Origin: Candidatus Cloacimonadales bacterium
GTDB lineage: Bacteria > Cloacimonadota > Cloacimonadia > Cloacimonadales > JAIOQZ01
DNA length: 64,000 nucleotides
Direction of reading: 5' to 3'
Assembly: GCA_963665815.1 (NCBI GenBank)
Contig: OY762463.1
Location: 2,496,001 to 2,560,000 of the forward strand
A program made the translations under genes and the position numbers. A model generated the notes under the pieces. It made no database searches and was not told the origin of the DNA. It worked only from the letters and a program-made list of their open reading frames with translations. Each line of letters opens with the position of its first letter. Positions within the stretch are counted from its first letter, which is position 1. Positions 51,725 to 62,375 of the stretch are shown here, one piece after another.

Positions 51725-53779
51725 ATGAATATATATAATCTGATTGGGGTTGCCAATAAACAATTTTTTGACGTTTTTAGCGAAAGCAGCATAAAAAAAA
51801 TGGAAGAAGGCTTAAAGCAAAAGAAAGAAAAAACTTATTTAACCTGCTTGAAGCGTGAAAAAGAAATTATAGCAAAGCCGGAAGAAATTGTAAGACAACT
51901 TATGCTTCATAAACTAGTTGAAGAATATAATTATCCTCTGGATTTAATTAGGGTTGAATATACTGTACCATTTGGACGAGAAAAGAAATTAGCAGACATT
52001 GTAATTCTCAATAAAGAGGACAAGACCAGCGTATATTGTGTTCTTGAGATAAAAAAGCATAAAGCTAAAGATGGGAAGGAACAGCTCAAAAGCTACACAA
52101 ATGCAACCGGAGCACCTCTTGCAGTCTGGACTAATGGAATGGAGATTGACTATTATGAAAGACTCGACCCAAACTATTTTGAACCTCTTTCTGACATTCC
52201 AAAGTATGATGAAACAATAGAAGATGTAAAAAATGAGATTTTCACTTACCTAGAACTTATGCAGAAAGACAGGCTTGCAGAAGAGATGAAAACGTTGAAA
52301 AAGCTGATCCAGGAAATGGAAGATGAAGTTCTGGCAAATGCCGGAGTTGATGTTTTCGAAGAAGTTTTCAAGCTCATTTTTACTAAGCTGTATGATGAAA
52401 TGGAAAGTGCCGGAGATAGAGAATTCATTGAAAGAGACTTTAAGAAAATACGCAGATATAATATTGGAATGAGTGACAGAGATATCTTGGCTCAATTGAT
52501 AGATGAAAATAAAGATAATGCTAATGATTATAGAAAACTGCAGTTCAGAAGTCGAGGTGATGCTCATCTGACTAAAAAAACAATTAACATGTTATTCCTT
52601 AAGGCCAAAAATAAATGGAGTGGAATCTTTGAAAAAGGAGAACCAATCAGGATTTCCGATGAAAACCATTTACAGATATGTGTTGGTTTCCTGCAGAATG
52701 TAAAACTTTTCAACTCCAACTTGCAGGTAATAGATGAAGCTTTTGAATATCTCGTTAATAAATCTGCCAAAGGTGAAAAAGGCCAGTACTTTACTCCCAG
52801 AAATGTTATAGATATGTGCGTTTATATGCTTAACCCTCAAGCCAATGAATACATGATTGATACTGCATGCGGCAGTTGCGGTTTTACAGTTCATACACTA
52901 TTTAATGTCTGGAAAAAACTTGTTAATGACGGTAAAGCACAATTTGCGAATTTCTCAAATCAGAAACTTACTCCTGAACAAAAAGAGTATGTTGAAAAGG
53001 TGTTTGGAATTGACTTCGATGAAAAATCTGTTCGCGTTGCCAGAACTCTGAATATGATTGCCGGTGACGGTAAAACCAATGTACTGCACTTGAATACACT
53101 CGATTATTCCAGATGGAGTGAGAAGCAAAAAAACAGAGAGTGGACAAAAACATATAATGATGGATATAACAGACTTCTGGATCTGGCTGTTGATGCCGAA
53201 AATCCGAAAGAATTTAACTTTGATATTGTTATGGCGAATCCACCATTTGCAGGAGATATAAAGGATAGTAGACTAATAGCCAACTATGAAGTTGCATTTA
53301 AAAACAATAAAAAACTCAGCAAGGTTTCCAGAGATATATTGTTTATAGAACGAAATCTGGACTTCCTTAAACCGGGTGGAAGAATGGCAATTGTTCTCCC
53401 ACAGGGACGCTTTAACAATACTTCCGATAAAAGAATAAGAGATTATGTAATGCAGAAAGCCAGACTGCTTGCTGTTGTAGGCTTAGATGGAAATACATTT
53501 AAACCGCACACAGGAACTAAAACGTCCGTTTTATTTGTGCAGAAATGGGAAGAAAATATTAATCCCGAGCTGGATGATTACCCGGTATTTATGGCTGTTT
53601 CTGAGAACTCAGGTAAGGATAACTCAGGACAGGAAATTTATGAAACCAATATGCATGGTGAATTAATGCTTGATGAACATAACCATTTGATACAGAAACA
53701 CGATCTTGCAGAGATTGCTTATGCTTTTGAAAAATGGGCTAAACAACAAGGGCTTTCGTTTTGGAGTCAGGATGAGTGA
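51725..53779 (+). CDS. Fused HsdR_N-type nuclease / N6-adenine methyltransferase
   Basis: PEEIVRQ, ADIVI...LEIK; GQYFTPR, DTACGSCGF, NPPF. Confidence 0.9.
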   Translation: MNIYNLIGVANKQFFDVFSESSIKKMEEGLKQKKEKTYLTCLKREKEIIAKPEEIVRQLMLHKLVEEYNYPLDLIRVEYTVPFGREKKLADIVILNKEDKTSVYCVLEIKKHKAKDGKEQLKSYTNATGAPLAVWTNGMEIDYYERLDPNYFEPLSDIPKYDETIEDVKNEIFTYLELMQKDRLAEEMKTLKKLIQEMEDEVLANAGVDVFEEVFKLIFTKLYDEMESAGDREFIERDFKKIRRYNIGMSDRDILAQLIDENKDNANDYRKLQFRSRGDAHLTKKTINMLFLKAKNKWSGIFEKGEPIRISDENHLQICVGFLQNVKLFNSNLQVIDEAFEYLVNKSAKGEKGQYFTPRNVIDMCVYMLNPQANEYMIDTACGSCGFTVHTLFNVWKKLVNDGKAQFANFSNQKLTPEQKEYVEKVFGIDFDEKSVRVARTLNMIAGDGKTNVLHLNTLDYSRWSEKQKNREWTKTYNDGYNRLLDLAVDAENPKEFNFDIVMANPPFAGDIKDSRLIANYEVAFKNNKKLSKVSRDILFIERNLDFLKPGGRMAIVLPQGRFNNTSDKRIRDYVMQKARLLAVVGLDGNTFKPHTGTKTSVLFVQKWEENINPELDDYPVFMAVSENSGKDNSGQEIYETNMHGELMLDEHNHLIQKHDLAEIAYAFEKWAKQQGLSFWSQDE

Positions 53780-54164
53780 TATAATTATTTATAATAATGA
53801 CAATGGTGATGTCAGACTCAAAGTCAATTTACTGGACGAAACAGTATGGTTAACTCAAGAGCAGATTTCTGTTTTATATGGAAAAGCTAAATCAACAATT
53901 AATGAACATATAAAAAATATCTTCAGAGATGGAGAGTTAATCGAGAGTGAATCTTTAAAGAAATTCGGAATTTCCGAATTTCAGCAAAAAGTCCCTAATA
54001 GTTACAATCTCGACGTTATTATTTCGGTTGGTTACAGAGCCAGGTCACTTGAAGGTACAAAATTCAGGAGCAAAGAAAGCAAAAAACTTGTTTCAGATTT
54101 TGATAAAGATGTTAAACAACTTATAAAGAAAGTGAAAAACAATGGCACAAATAAGTTTAATTAA
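53772..54164 (+). pseudogene. Internally deleted RhuM-family protein
   Basis: RhuM N-terminus (ETVWLTQ...INEHIKNIF..GEL...YNLDVIISVGYR) joined directly to a RhuM-like C-terminal SDFDK; only about 130 aa. Confidence 0.65.
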
Positions 54165-55530
54165 TAAGAGTGATATAGTTAAGAGTAATAGAATAGATTC
54201 CGAGTTCTATAGTCCTGAGTACTTGCATTACGAAAAAATTATTGATTCAATAAACTCCTTAAGTATTGTGGATATTGATTGTACTTTAGATTGCAGCGCT
54301 TTTTATCCATCAATTACAGATTATTATAATTTTGATAAAAAAGGGATACCTTTTTTGAGAGTAAATGAAATTCAAAATGGCATGTTAGAAGTTACAGACA
54401 ATACTGCATTTTTACCCAATGATATAGTTAATGAATACTCTTCCAACATTAAGATAGCTTATCCTGGTGATATTATAATTGCCAAAGGAGGAAACAGCTT
54501 GGGAAAAGTATGTATTATCACAGCTCAATATGAGTATTACTCTGTTTGCAGAGATTTAATAATTCTAAGTACCAATAATTTAAAGTATATCAATAATTAT
54601 CTGCTATGGCTGTACTTACATAGTGACTATGGTCAGAAAATGATTCTGAGAACTGCAAGTCAAACAGGTCAACCGCATATTACAATTAATTCAATAGGAA
54701 AATTGAAAATCCCCATACTGCCAGAAATAAATAATGTGATTGCTTCTCAGTTCCAAGATCACATAAAACTGAATCAACTCTCCAAACAGCTCTACAAGGA
54801 AGCAGAGAATATACTACTACAGGAGCTTAACCTATTAGATTTTAAGCCTGAGCATAAACTTACATTTGAAGCAACAAAATCTGACATAGAAAACGCAGAA
54901 AGATTTGATTCAGAGTATTTCCAGCCTAAGTATGAGGAGATAATTAAGAAAATTGAAGAATATGAAGGCGGTTGGGATTATGTTGAGAACTTACTCAGTT
55001 TTAATAGTAATAATTTTTTCCCTGATTCCAATACGGAGTATTATTACGTGCCATTATCAAAAGTGACTAATGCAGGAGAGATTCTAGAAATTGAGAAAGA
55101 ATATGGCAAAAATTTACCAACCAGAGCAAGACGAAAAGTTAAAACAGGAGAGGTAATATTATCTTCGATTGAGGGGAGTATAGAAACTTCTGCTTTGATT
55201 GGTGCCGAGAATAATGATTACATTGTTTCAAATGGATTCTATGTATTCAGTTCTAAAAAAATTAACTCCGAATCTTTGTTTGTGTTGTTCAAATCAAGTA
55301 TAATGCTTGAATTACTTAGAAAAATTTCAAAAGGAGCAATATTAGGAGGGTATGATTTAAGTAGTTTTAAAACTCTTAAAATCCCTCTTATAAAGCCTGA
55401 AGTTCAAGAGCAGATTGCAGACAAAGTCAGGGAATCACATAGACTCAGAAAAGAGAGCAAACAGCTTTTGGAAGATGCAAAGCTCATGGTTGAACAAGAA
55501 ATAGAGAAGAATGCAAAAGGGTTTGTATAG
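54142..55530 (+). CDS. hsdS: Restriction-modification specificity (S) subunit, two TRDs
   Basis: Repeated RIDSEFY.P.Y / RFDSEYFQPKY, GDIIIAK, LKIP...Q..I conserved blocks. Confidence 0.88.
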   Translation: MAQISLINKSDIVKSNRIDSEFYSPEYLHYEKIIDSINSLSIVDIDCTLDCSAFYPSITDYYNFDKKGIPFLRVNEIQNGMLEVTDNTAFLPNDIVNEYSSNIKIAYPGDIIIAKGGNSLGKVCIITAQYEYYSVCRDLIILSTNNLKYINNYLLWLYLHSDYGQKMILRTASQTGQPHITINSIGKLKIPILPEINNVIASQFQDHIKLNQLSKQLYKEAENILLQELNLLDFKPEHKLTFEATKSDIENAERFDSEYFQPKYEEIIKKIEEYEGGWDYVENLLSFNSNNFFPDSNTEYYYVPLSKVTNAGEILEIEKEYGKNLPTRARRKVKTGEVILSSIEGSIETSALIGAENNDYIVSNGFYVFSSKKINSESLFVLFKSSIMLELLRKISKGAILGGYDLSSFKTLKIPLIKPEVQEQIADKVRESHRLRKESKQLLEDAKLMVEQEIEKNAKGFV

Positions 55531-56024
55531 TCTGTTTTTCTACTTCTTTTATCTATTCTTAGATTCTGAATCTACAAACTGAAAATGAAGGATTGTTGTG
55601 TACAGAAAACAGATGTAGATGCTTGAACTTACACCCAGGGAAAACAATCTTTGTACGGACTTGAATTCGCTGTATTATGCTATCTAAAATACGTTTGGGC
55701 AACAATATCTTTATATGCTGGCAGGGATGCATGCGTACAGCTTACTCTGATCACATTTGGAATGAGTGTTCGTTTTCAAGCTGCGTAGAGACAACCGGAC
55801 GATTGTCTAATTATGATCTCTTGGGGAATGGTTGTAACCCATAGATGTTTTCAAGAAATTCATCCAAATTATAATCAATAGTATGATAATTGATTTTAAT
55901 ACTCCTCTTGATAAAAGAGATTTATTAGCAAAGTTGTATGCAACTTCTATGTTTTGAGCGATTATCTTTTATCTATTTCTTCAAAACTTTTAGTGCTGTT
56001 TAAAAAATATTTGAACAGTGTATC

Positions 56025-57107
56025 CTACTTCATCATCAGTTCAACAAACTTATCCCAGTTAAATCCTATATGTGTCAGGATAGAGATATAATCATCTTTC
56101 TCTATCTTTGTTTCAGGGGTCGGGCAGGTATCCGGAATACCATTCTTGACCAGAGCAAATGTATTCACTCTGATATTGTTTTTATGTGAAGTCTCCAGCA
56201 TTTTTCTGGTGAAATCACCCCAGCTCCAGCCAACCAGTTTCTCCGAACTGACAGTGTGCGGATTAGCCCCTTCCGTATTAGAAAGCAGTTTTTCTATAAT
56301 TCTGGCAGAATATTTATCCTGGCACTCCTGTACTACAGCGTTAATACCTATTTCCTCTATCACCTGAGTAGATATGGATTTTTCGAATAACCAACCATGA
56401 TCAGGATCGACAAGTATATGGATAATTCGTGTTTTATCTGGGTTAATAAACTGACTAACAAGCTTGGTTATTGTCTCGGTTGTAGAATCGGATTCAGATA
56501 CTGCGGAATCAAATGGGAACACAATCACAGCTTTTGCATCACCAAGGTTTGCTCTTTCGTAAGTCGATCTGTCCAGCAGTCCACCTCTCACAAATCGCAC
56601 ATCGCCTGTCATAATAATCTCTTTCGGAAGTTCTTCCAGTCGGGAATCTATGATGCATAATGGAGCGTGTTCTTCCTTTCTGCGAATCTCGGTAATGAAT
56701 TTTTCAGTCTTAGCTGTTCCCGGAAAATTGAATATGATGTATCCGTTTTTATGTGTGTTATCCATAAGTCCCATCCTTATTTTTTCTCTTCTGCTTGTCA
56801 CAAAATCAACTGAATACCCGATAATCACAGGTAAATAAGATATTGTAATTGTTCCGAAGAACATAGTCATCAGTCTGCCCCAGAGTCCTTCTGCCGGAGC
56901 ATTTCCATAGCCTACTGTCGTAGCTGTCTGCCAGGTCTGCCATATAGCTTCTATCCAGGTTGTTTTCTCAAAAAATCTGTAGCCCAGAGCAAACAAAGCA
57001 CAACTAAGCAGGAATGTAAGTATAACATTCAGCAGATGCAGCAGTGTCCGCTGGCTATGCTTAAGCTTGATTCTGAGTTTTCTTGGTAATATATAGAGTA
57101 AAAGCAT
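56025..57107 (-). CDS. Potassium channel with RCK/TrkA domain
   Basis: Selectivity filter TATTVGYG; cytoplasmic RCK region. Confidence 0.88.
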   Translation of the reverse strand: MLLLYILPRKLRIKLKHSQRTLLHLLNVILTFLLSCALFALGYRFFEKTTWIEAIWQTWQTATTVGYGNAPAEGLWGRLMTMFFGTITISYLPVIIGYSVDFVTSRREKIRMGLMDNTHKNGYIIFNFPGTAKTEKFITEIRRKEEHAPLCIIDSRLEELPKEIIMTGDVRFVRGGLLDRSTYERANLGDAKAVIVFPFDSAVSESDSTTETITKLVSQFINPDKTRIIHILVDPDHGWLFEKSISTQVIEEIGINAVVQECQDKYSARIIEKLLSNTEGANPHTVSSEKLVGWSWGDFTRKMLETSHKNNIRVNTFALVKNGIPDTCPTPETKIEKDDYISILTHIGFNWDKFVELMMK

Positions 57108-57136
57108 ACGCTGTCCTTCTATAATTTGTTAAGGTT

Positions 57137-58858
57137 CTATTCTACTTTCCAGCTGTCATTTATGTAATGTTCCAGAATAATCGGATACATCAGAGTACTG
57201 ACATCATTATATTTCGACACAAGTGATTTTTTCCCGAACACGAGAGAAGCTCTGAATTGCTCAGGAGTAAGATATGATGTTTCGACGGAGAAAGAATCTA
57301 TTTCACCTATCATCTGTAACAGGAAGTCTTTTGTAATATGTTCCTTACCTGCAATGTACCAGCCCCAGTCACCGAAACTCGGAACATTATCGTGGTACGG
57401 TAATGTATTAAATCCAGCATGCTCCAATGTTCTGCCAATACAAAGGTATGCTTCTTTAGCATGGTATGGAGATGTAGACTGAATACTCATCAATCCGTCA
57501 TTTGCCAGAGCAAGATTCAGTTTTCCATAGAAAGAACTGCTGTATAATTTAGAAAGCTCCACACTGTTAGGATCAGGTAAATCCACAATAATCACATCCC
57601 ACTTTTTCTTCTGGCCATCCAGAAATTTATCTGCGTCGATATTGAAAACATTTACTCGTGCAACTCTCTTAGTAACAGGTCGTTTATTAACTAATTTACC
57701 TGTCTCCTGGTATATATCCCTGAAAAGTGTATCAGTTATGACTCCTGCTGATTTTATTGCTTTAACTTTCGCACTTGAAAACGAGTTTTCATTCAGCTTT
57801 GTCAGAATATCATTTTGGGAGCAGAATTCAACCATCTCCGGGTCAAGATCCACAAGTACAACCTGTTTTACGTCCTGGTACTTGAGAACTTCTCTGAGAG
57901 CAAGTCCGTCACCACCACCAAGAATCAGTACATTTTCTCTGCTGGCTGCAAGTTCCATAACCGGATGCACTAATTGTTCATGGTAGATTTTTTCGTCCAG
58001 ACTGGAGAACTGCAGATTCCCGTTGATGTAAAAGCGATATTCATTAATGAAAGAGTTGTGAGTCATTACCAGATGCTGATATTTTGTTGTATGTGAAAAT
58101 TCTATTTTATCTTCGTAAAGTCTCTGTTCTGTCTTGAAGTTCCAGTTTCTGTTGCTTTTATAGCCAAACAAAAGAACAGTTATTACAAGTATAAACATGA
58201 GAATCGGAATAACTTTGTTTTTTATCAGTCCATGCTTCATGAAGTACATACATGTAACAACTGCAACTCCAAAATTTAGCATTGCCAGCAGAAAACTGAT
58301 TTCTGTCAGCGGGAAGTTCTTAAGCAGTACTTTAACCCAGATCCAGGCACCAATAAACGAACCCACATAATCTGCAGCAGAGACAACTGCTACATTAGCT
58401 CTGAGTGTCTTTGAAAAGCTCTCGTTTATACGCAGGATTAGAGGTATTTCAAAGCCGATCAGGAATCCGATACTGAGAATCAGTGAATACTGCACCAGCA
58501 TGAAGTGGTTTTCCATGAAGCCGTAAGACGCATACATGGCAATAGGAGCATAACTCCCGATAATAGCCAGCAGAATCTCAATGACTATGAAAGATCTGAT
58601 CAGATTATTGTCTGAAAAGAACTTCTGCAGCCAGCTTGCAACCCCCATCATAAACAGCATAAGGGCTATGGTGATACTGAATTGTTCTATACTGCTCCCC
58701 AGAATATAGGTAGAAACAGTACTCAAAACGTATTCTGTTACGAGACCGGACGCACCGGTAGCAAGCATGGAAATCGCCAGAAAGAACGTAGCGAACGACA
58801 GTTTTTTCTGATCAGTAGCACTGACTGTTTTATTATCTGATATCGTCATCATCTCCAA
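57137..58858 (-). CDS. speE: Membrane-fused polyamine aminopropyltransferase (spermidine synthase)
   Basis: About 7 N-terminal TMs; NGNLQFSS.DE..YHE, LILGGGDG, DVIIVDLPDP. Confidence 0.92.
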   Translation of the reverse strand: MEMMTISDNKTVSATDQKKLSFATFFLAISMLATGASGLVTEYVLSTVSTYILGSSIEQFSITIALMLFMMGVASWLQKFFSDNNLIRSFIVIEILLAIIGSYAPIAMYASYGFMENHFMLVQYSLILSIGFLIGFEIPLILRINESFSKTLRANVAVVSAADYVGSFIGAWIWVKVLLKNFPLTEISFLLAMLNFGVAVVTCMYFMKHGLIKNKVIPILMFILVITVLLFGYKSNRNWNFKTEQRLYEDKIEFSHTTKYQHLVMTHNSFINEYRFYINGNLQFSSLDEKIYHEQLVHPVMELAASRENVLILGGGDGLALREVLKYQDVKQVVLVDLDPEMVEFCSQNDILTKLNENSFSSAKVKAIKSAGVITDTLFRDIYQETGKLVNKRPVTKRVARVNVFNIDADKFLDGQKKKWDVIIVDLPDPNSVELSKLYSSSFYGKLNLALANDGLMSIQSTSPYHAKEAYLCIGRTLEHAGFNTLPYHDNVPSFGDWGWYIAGKEHITKDFLLQMIGEIDSFSVETSYLTPEQFRASLVFGKKSLVSKYNDVSTLMYPIILEHYINDSWKVE

Positions 58859-59725
58859 TTAAAGCAGGGTTGAAATCAGAAGAGCAAATCCGATGTTGAT
58901 GAATTGAGCTACCAGAACAGCAGCAATGTTTTTGTCTCTTTTTATCTCTGTGTTAAGTGTTGTATGAGGAAGGAAAATCCTGTCTATCAGAGGAATGAGG
59001 ATGATTAATACGACAATCCCGATCAGTGCACTGAGACCGAATGCTTTAAGGTCTGTAACCCAGTCTGTGAATGGTCCCATAATAGATTTTCTGAGGATCA
59101 GTCCAAGAGCAATTGACACACCGGCAGCCATAACACCTGCTGAAGCATTAGCATCTTTTATCTCGTTAATCCATTTGAATGGTGTAAGTAATTCATAGAG
59201 TTTCAGTGCGATTATAAGCACTGCCTGACCAATAGCGAAGAAAGCTATTATACTGAGAAAATCAGTACATAATGAGTTCATATTGCTTTCCAGAACAGGT
59301 GTTGAATCTCCCATTATACTTGCAGATATAATCAGAGCTGAAGATATGTAAATTCCAAGCTCTACGAGTCCAACTGCAGAGTTTCCTTCTTTACAGGCTT
59401 CATCGTTTTTAATACCGTTAAGTATAATGTTATCTGCAACAAGTCTGGCAAAGAATAACAGTATAAAGCCGAGGATGCCATACACTACCAAGTCAACTAT
59501 ATCGTTCAGAAGTCCGTTGGTTGTTCCCAGAAATACTGAGCTCATTACTATCATTCCACCGAGGTAAAGCCCTGCTCTGCGTGCTCCAACCGCGAAATTT
59601 GAATTCTCTTCTATCTCATGATCATCATCTATGTTTTTTGTTCTGAAATCAGCAATTTTCTTAACAATAAAAGTAATAATCAGTGCTATTAACACACTCA
59701 CAATATCATTTAAAATTTTGTTCAT
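58859..59725 (-). CDS. DUF350 membrane protein (two repeats)
   Basis: Repeated E...N.AVG motifs between TM segments. Confidence 0.8.
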   Translation of the reverse strand: MNKILNDIVSVLIALIITFIVKKIADFRTKNIDDDHEIEENSNFAVGARRAGLYLGGMIVMSSVFLGTTNGLLNDIVDLVVYGILGFILLFFARLVADNIILNGIKNDEACKEGNSAVGLVELGIYISSALIISASIMGDSTPVLESNMNSLCTDFLSIIAFFAIGQAVLIIALKLYELLTPFKWINEIKDANASAGVMAAGVSIALGLILRKSIMGPFTDWVTDLKAFGLSALIGIVVLIILIPLIDRIFLPHTTLNTEIKRDKNIAAVLVAQFINIGFALLISTLL

Positions 59726-59739
59726 CTATTTCTCCTTGA

Positions 59740-61245
59740 TTATTTTCCGCCGGCTCCGGGACCTCTACCGCGAGATGTTCTTCCCGCTCCTCTCACAGAA
59801 GTCGCCTGACTTTTAAAGCTTTTAGTTTTTCCGTAACTTGATCCTTGATAACGTTTATCACTCTGTACTGCACTGCCATAAGTTCCATAGACATCATCGT
59901 CTCTGCCGTAGTAGGCTTTTCTACCTCTATATGAACCATGCCAGGTATTCCAGTCATTATAATAGTATCTTCTACCGCCAAACATTGTACCGTAAAAATG
60001 ATATCTACCGTACCATGCCCAGTATCTGTTTCCGCTTCTGTCTCTTTCCCAGCGTCCGCATTCTTTATTACCTACCAGAGCCATTCCTTCCGGTGTTGGC
60101 TGGGTCAGTTTCTCATCTTCGTAGAAACCGTATGGCTTGGCTACAACGTCCATACCAAGATCATCCTCGTGTTTTTCGTAAGTTTCTTCGCTTACTTCCC
60201 ACCAGTTTGTCTCGGTTCTCTCGCCATTTTCAGTAATTGCGAATTTATGATAGTATTTTTCATTAAGTTCAAGTTCTTCCGCCCAGATTTCATAGTCTGA
60301 CCCGGATTTAACCAGAAAACCGTCAGGATATTTATTGAAATGCTGTAGATATTTCTCGTATTCCTGCATTGTCAGACGTTCTTTTGTCTCTCCTACTTTT
60401 CTTGTGTTGTCATAATCAGCATAATTACTCCATGCGTATTTCACTAGAAGCACCCATGGATGAGGTTCCATTTTCATGTCTATTAAGGTTTTTGTGTAAC
60501 ACCTGTATAGCTGTTCAATCTTGAGTTTGTTATCTCCGAATTTCTTCTGAATAGTATTGAGCTCATCCGATACTAACTGACTTTTATCAACGATCAGAGC
60601 ATAATCAGGATTGTCATTCTTTGTCTCTGATTTCACCATTTTGTCAGCATTCTTCAGTGAATCCCAGTTCAAGTGAATACTTTTGATTCTGTTCTGTAGA
60701 TCTTCCTGTTTATTGCTGTAATCATCCTGTGCTTTTCGAGCCAGTTTATCATGTTCTTTAATTGTTGCTTTTGCTGTATTGAAATTCTTTTTATTAGTAT
60801 TAAGAACATCATTTGTGCTGTTAATAGCATGAAGTATTTTTTCAGCTCTTATCATTGGGTATGACGATTCTTTACCAGCATTTTTCATTACTGTTTTAAT
60901 ATCTTCCATCAGCTTCACTGCCTGAGGAATGGTTTCTTTTTTCTGCTTCTTTAACAGCGGAATCATCTGAGTTTCATACATGCTTTCAGCTTTGGCTATC
61001 TCCTGCTCAGCTTTATTCAGATGATCTTCCCAGTTTTCCTTTTCCGCATAGACTTTTACCATTGTGTAGTTCGAAGATTTTGTGAAATCCTGAAACTTTT
61101 TCCTTTTCTCAGAGGTTTTCCCTTTTACACTTGTTATTATCTCAGGTATTTCTTTTACTCTTCTTTTAAACTGCTTGTTCCAACATCCTGTCATCATCAG
61201 ACTGATTATCAGCAGCAGAAAAAGTATGTATTTTCTTTTGTTCAC
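59740..61245 (-). CDS. Lipoprotein with coiled coil and Gly/Arg/Tyr-rich C-terminal tail
   Basis: MTGC lipobox; tail ends SVRGAGRTSRGRGPGAGGK. Confidence 0.7.
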   Translation of the reverse strand: MNKRKYILFLLLIISLMMTGCWNKQFKRRVKEIPEIITSVKGKTSEKRKKFQDFTKSSNYTMVKVYAEKENWEDHLNKAEQEIAKAESMYETQMIPLLKKQKKETIPQAVKLMEDIKTVMKNAGKESSYPMIRAEKILHAINSTNDVLNTNKKNFNTAKATIKEHDKLARKAQDDYSNKQEDLQNRIKSIHLNWDSLKNADKMVKSETKNDNPDYALIVDKSQLVSDELNTIQKKFGDNKLKIEQLYRCYTKTLIDMKMEPHPWVLLVKYAWSNYADYDNTRKVGETKERLTMQEYEKYLQHFNKYPDGFLVKSGSDYEIWAEELELNEKYYHKFAITENGERTETNWWEVSEETYEKHEDDLGMDVVAKPYGFYEDEKLTQPTPEGMALVGNKECGRWERDRSGNRYWAWYGRYHFYGTMFGGRRYYYNDWNTWHGSYRGRKAYYGRDDDVYGTYGSAVQSDKRYQGSSYGKTKSFKSQATSVRGAGRTSRGRGPGAGGK

Positions 61246-61796
61246 TTATTACCTCCGTCTATATGCAAGGTCGTATAAGAATAGACTACATTATTTTCAT
61301 TCGGATAGGAATGTACCGTAGATATCTTTATCTTACATCCCTCATGCTCAAGCAGAACCATCGTTTTAGGTATTCCGGTATCATTTCCCGGAAACTCAAA
61401 AACAATACCTTTTGTTTTTTCTGCTTCAGTGTTGATTATGCTTTCAATTTTCTCAATACTTCCGGCTTCATCTATCAGTTTACACTTTTTCGCACTGAAT
61501 TCGTATTTATAGGTGTTTGAAAGCATCAGAGAGTGATTCCCATAGACTTTGTTAAGAGGACCACTCAGAAGAATCGCTGTTTCTTTTTTCACTCTGTTGC
61601 AGGCAAAAATCTCATGTAATATCAAGTCACCCATACGATAAGTTATAAGGTGACTTCCTCCAATAATCCTGAGTACTATCTTACATTCCTTACAGGAAAA
61701 AGACACTTCTTTCAGAATATTGAATTGAGATAAATCCAGTTTACCTTCAACAAGTGTGAGTATTAGATTGTTAGCGGATTGATCTAAATATTCCAT
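61242..61796 (-). CDS. DUF2617-family protein
   Basis: IIGGSH, EIFAC, F.FP....P.T, T.HSYPNE. Confidence 0.75.
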   Translation of the reverse strand: MEYLDQSANNLILTLVEGKLDLSQFNILKEVSFSCKECKIVLRIIGGSHLITYRMGDLILHEIFACNRVKKETAILLSGPLNKVYGNHSLMLSNTYKYEFSAKKCKLIDEAGSIEKIESIINTEAEKTKGIVFEFPGNDTGIPKTMVLLEHEGCKIKISTVHSYPNENNVVYSYTTLHIDGGNK

Positions 61797-61797
61797 T

Positions 61798-62373
61798 TTA
61801 TTTTCCCAGTGAGATTACCTCAATTTTCCTTGCTTCTCGACTAAGCCAGATCTCAAAATCCTTACGATCTTCATTCTGACTCCAGTTTTCGATAGTTATA
61901 CATTCACCGTCAGTTGCTTCAAAGTCATAAAACTTAACGTTAAATTCCTTACCATCTCTGGCTCGAACGTATTTTGCCTTGTAAGAATCATCAAACTCAT
62001 ACTTCTTATTTTTGTAGAATATATCATCTTCATCGCGAACTATCTGCTGTAGATCTGACTCATCTATTTCCTCGTTTTCATCATCATACAATTGAGAAAA
62101 ACTCAGTTCTCTCGTTGTCAGATATACCTCCAGTTCATCATCTTCTTCCCATTCTATGAAAGTAGAGTTCCCTGTCATTACATCAGTTATTTTCAGTTCA
62201 AACCATTCGCCTTCACTGTCGTAGTATTTTCCATACGGTTTAACGTGAAACAGATCGTTCTTTATCTTCATGAATCCGTCATTCCCGATATTCTTAATAT
62301 TATACTTACGTCTGTCATTAGGAGGAACGGGATTCTCCAGTTTTCGTATTAAGTCAAAACATTCGGAAAGCAT
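61798..62373 (-). CDS. DUF4178-family protein
   Basis: EWFE...FIEWEEDDEL, FYDFE...ITIENW; operon context. Confidence 0.7.
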   Translation of the reverse strand: MLSECFDLIRKLENPVPPNDRRKYNIKNIGNDGFMKIKNDLFHVKPYGKYYDSEGEWFELKITDVMTGNSTFIEWEEDDELEVYLTTRELSFSQLYDDENEEIDESDLQQIVRDEDDIFYKNKKYEFDDSYKAKYVRARDGKEFNVKFYDFEATDGECITIENWSQNEDRKDFEIWLSREARKIEVISLGK

Positions 62374-62375
62374 TT

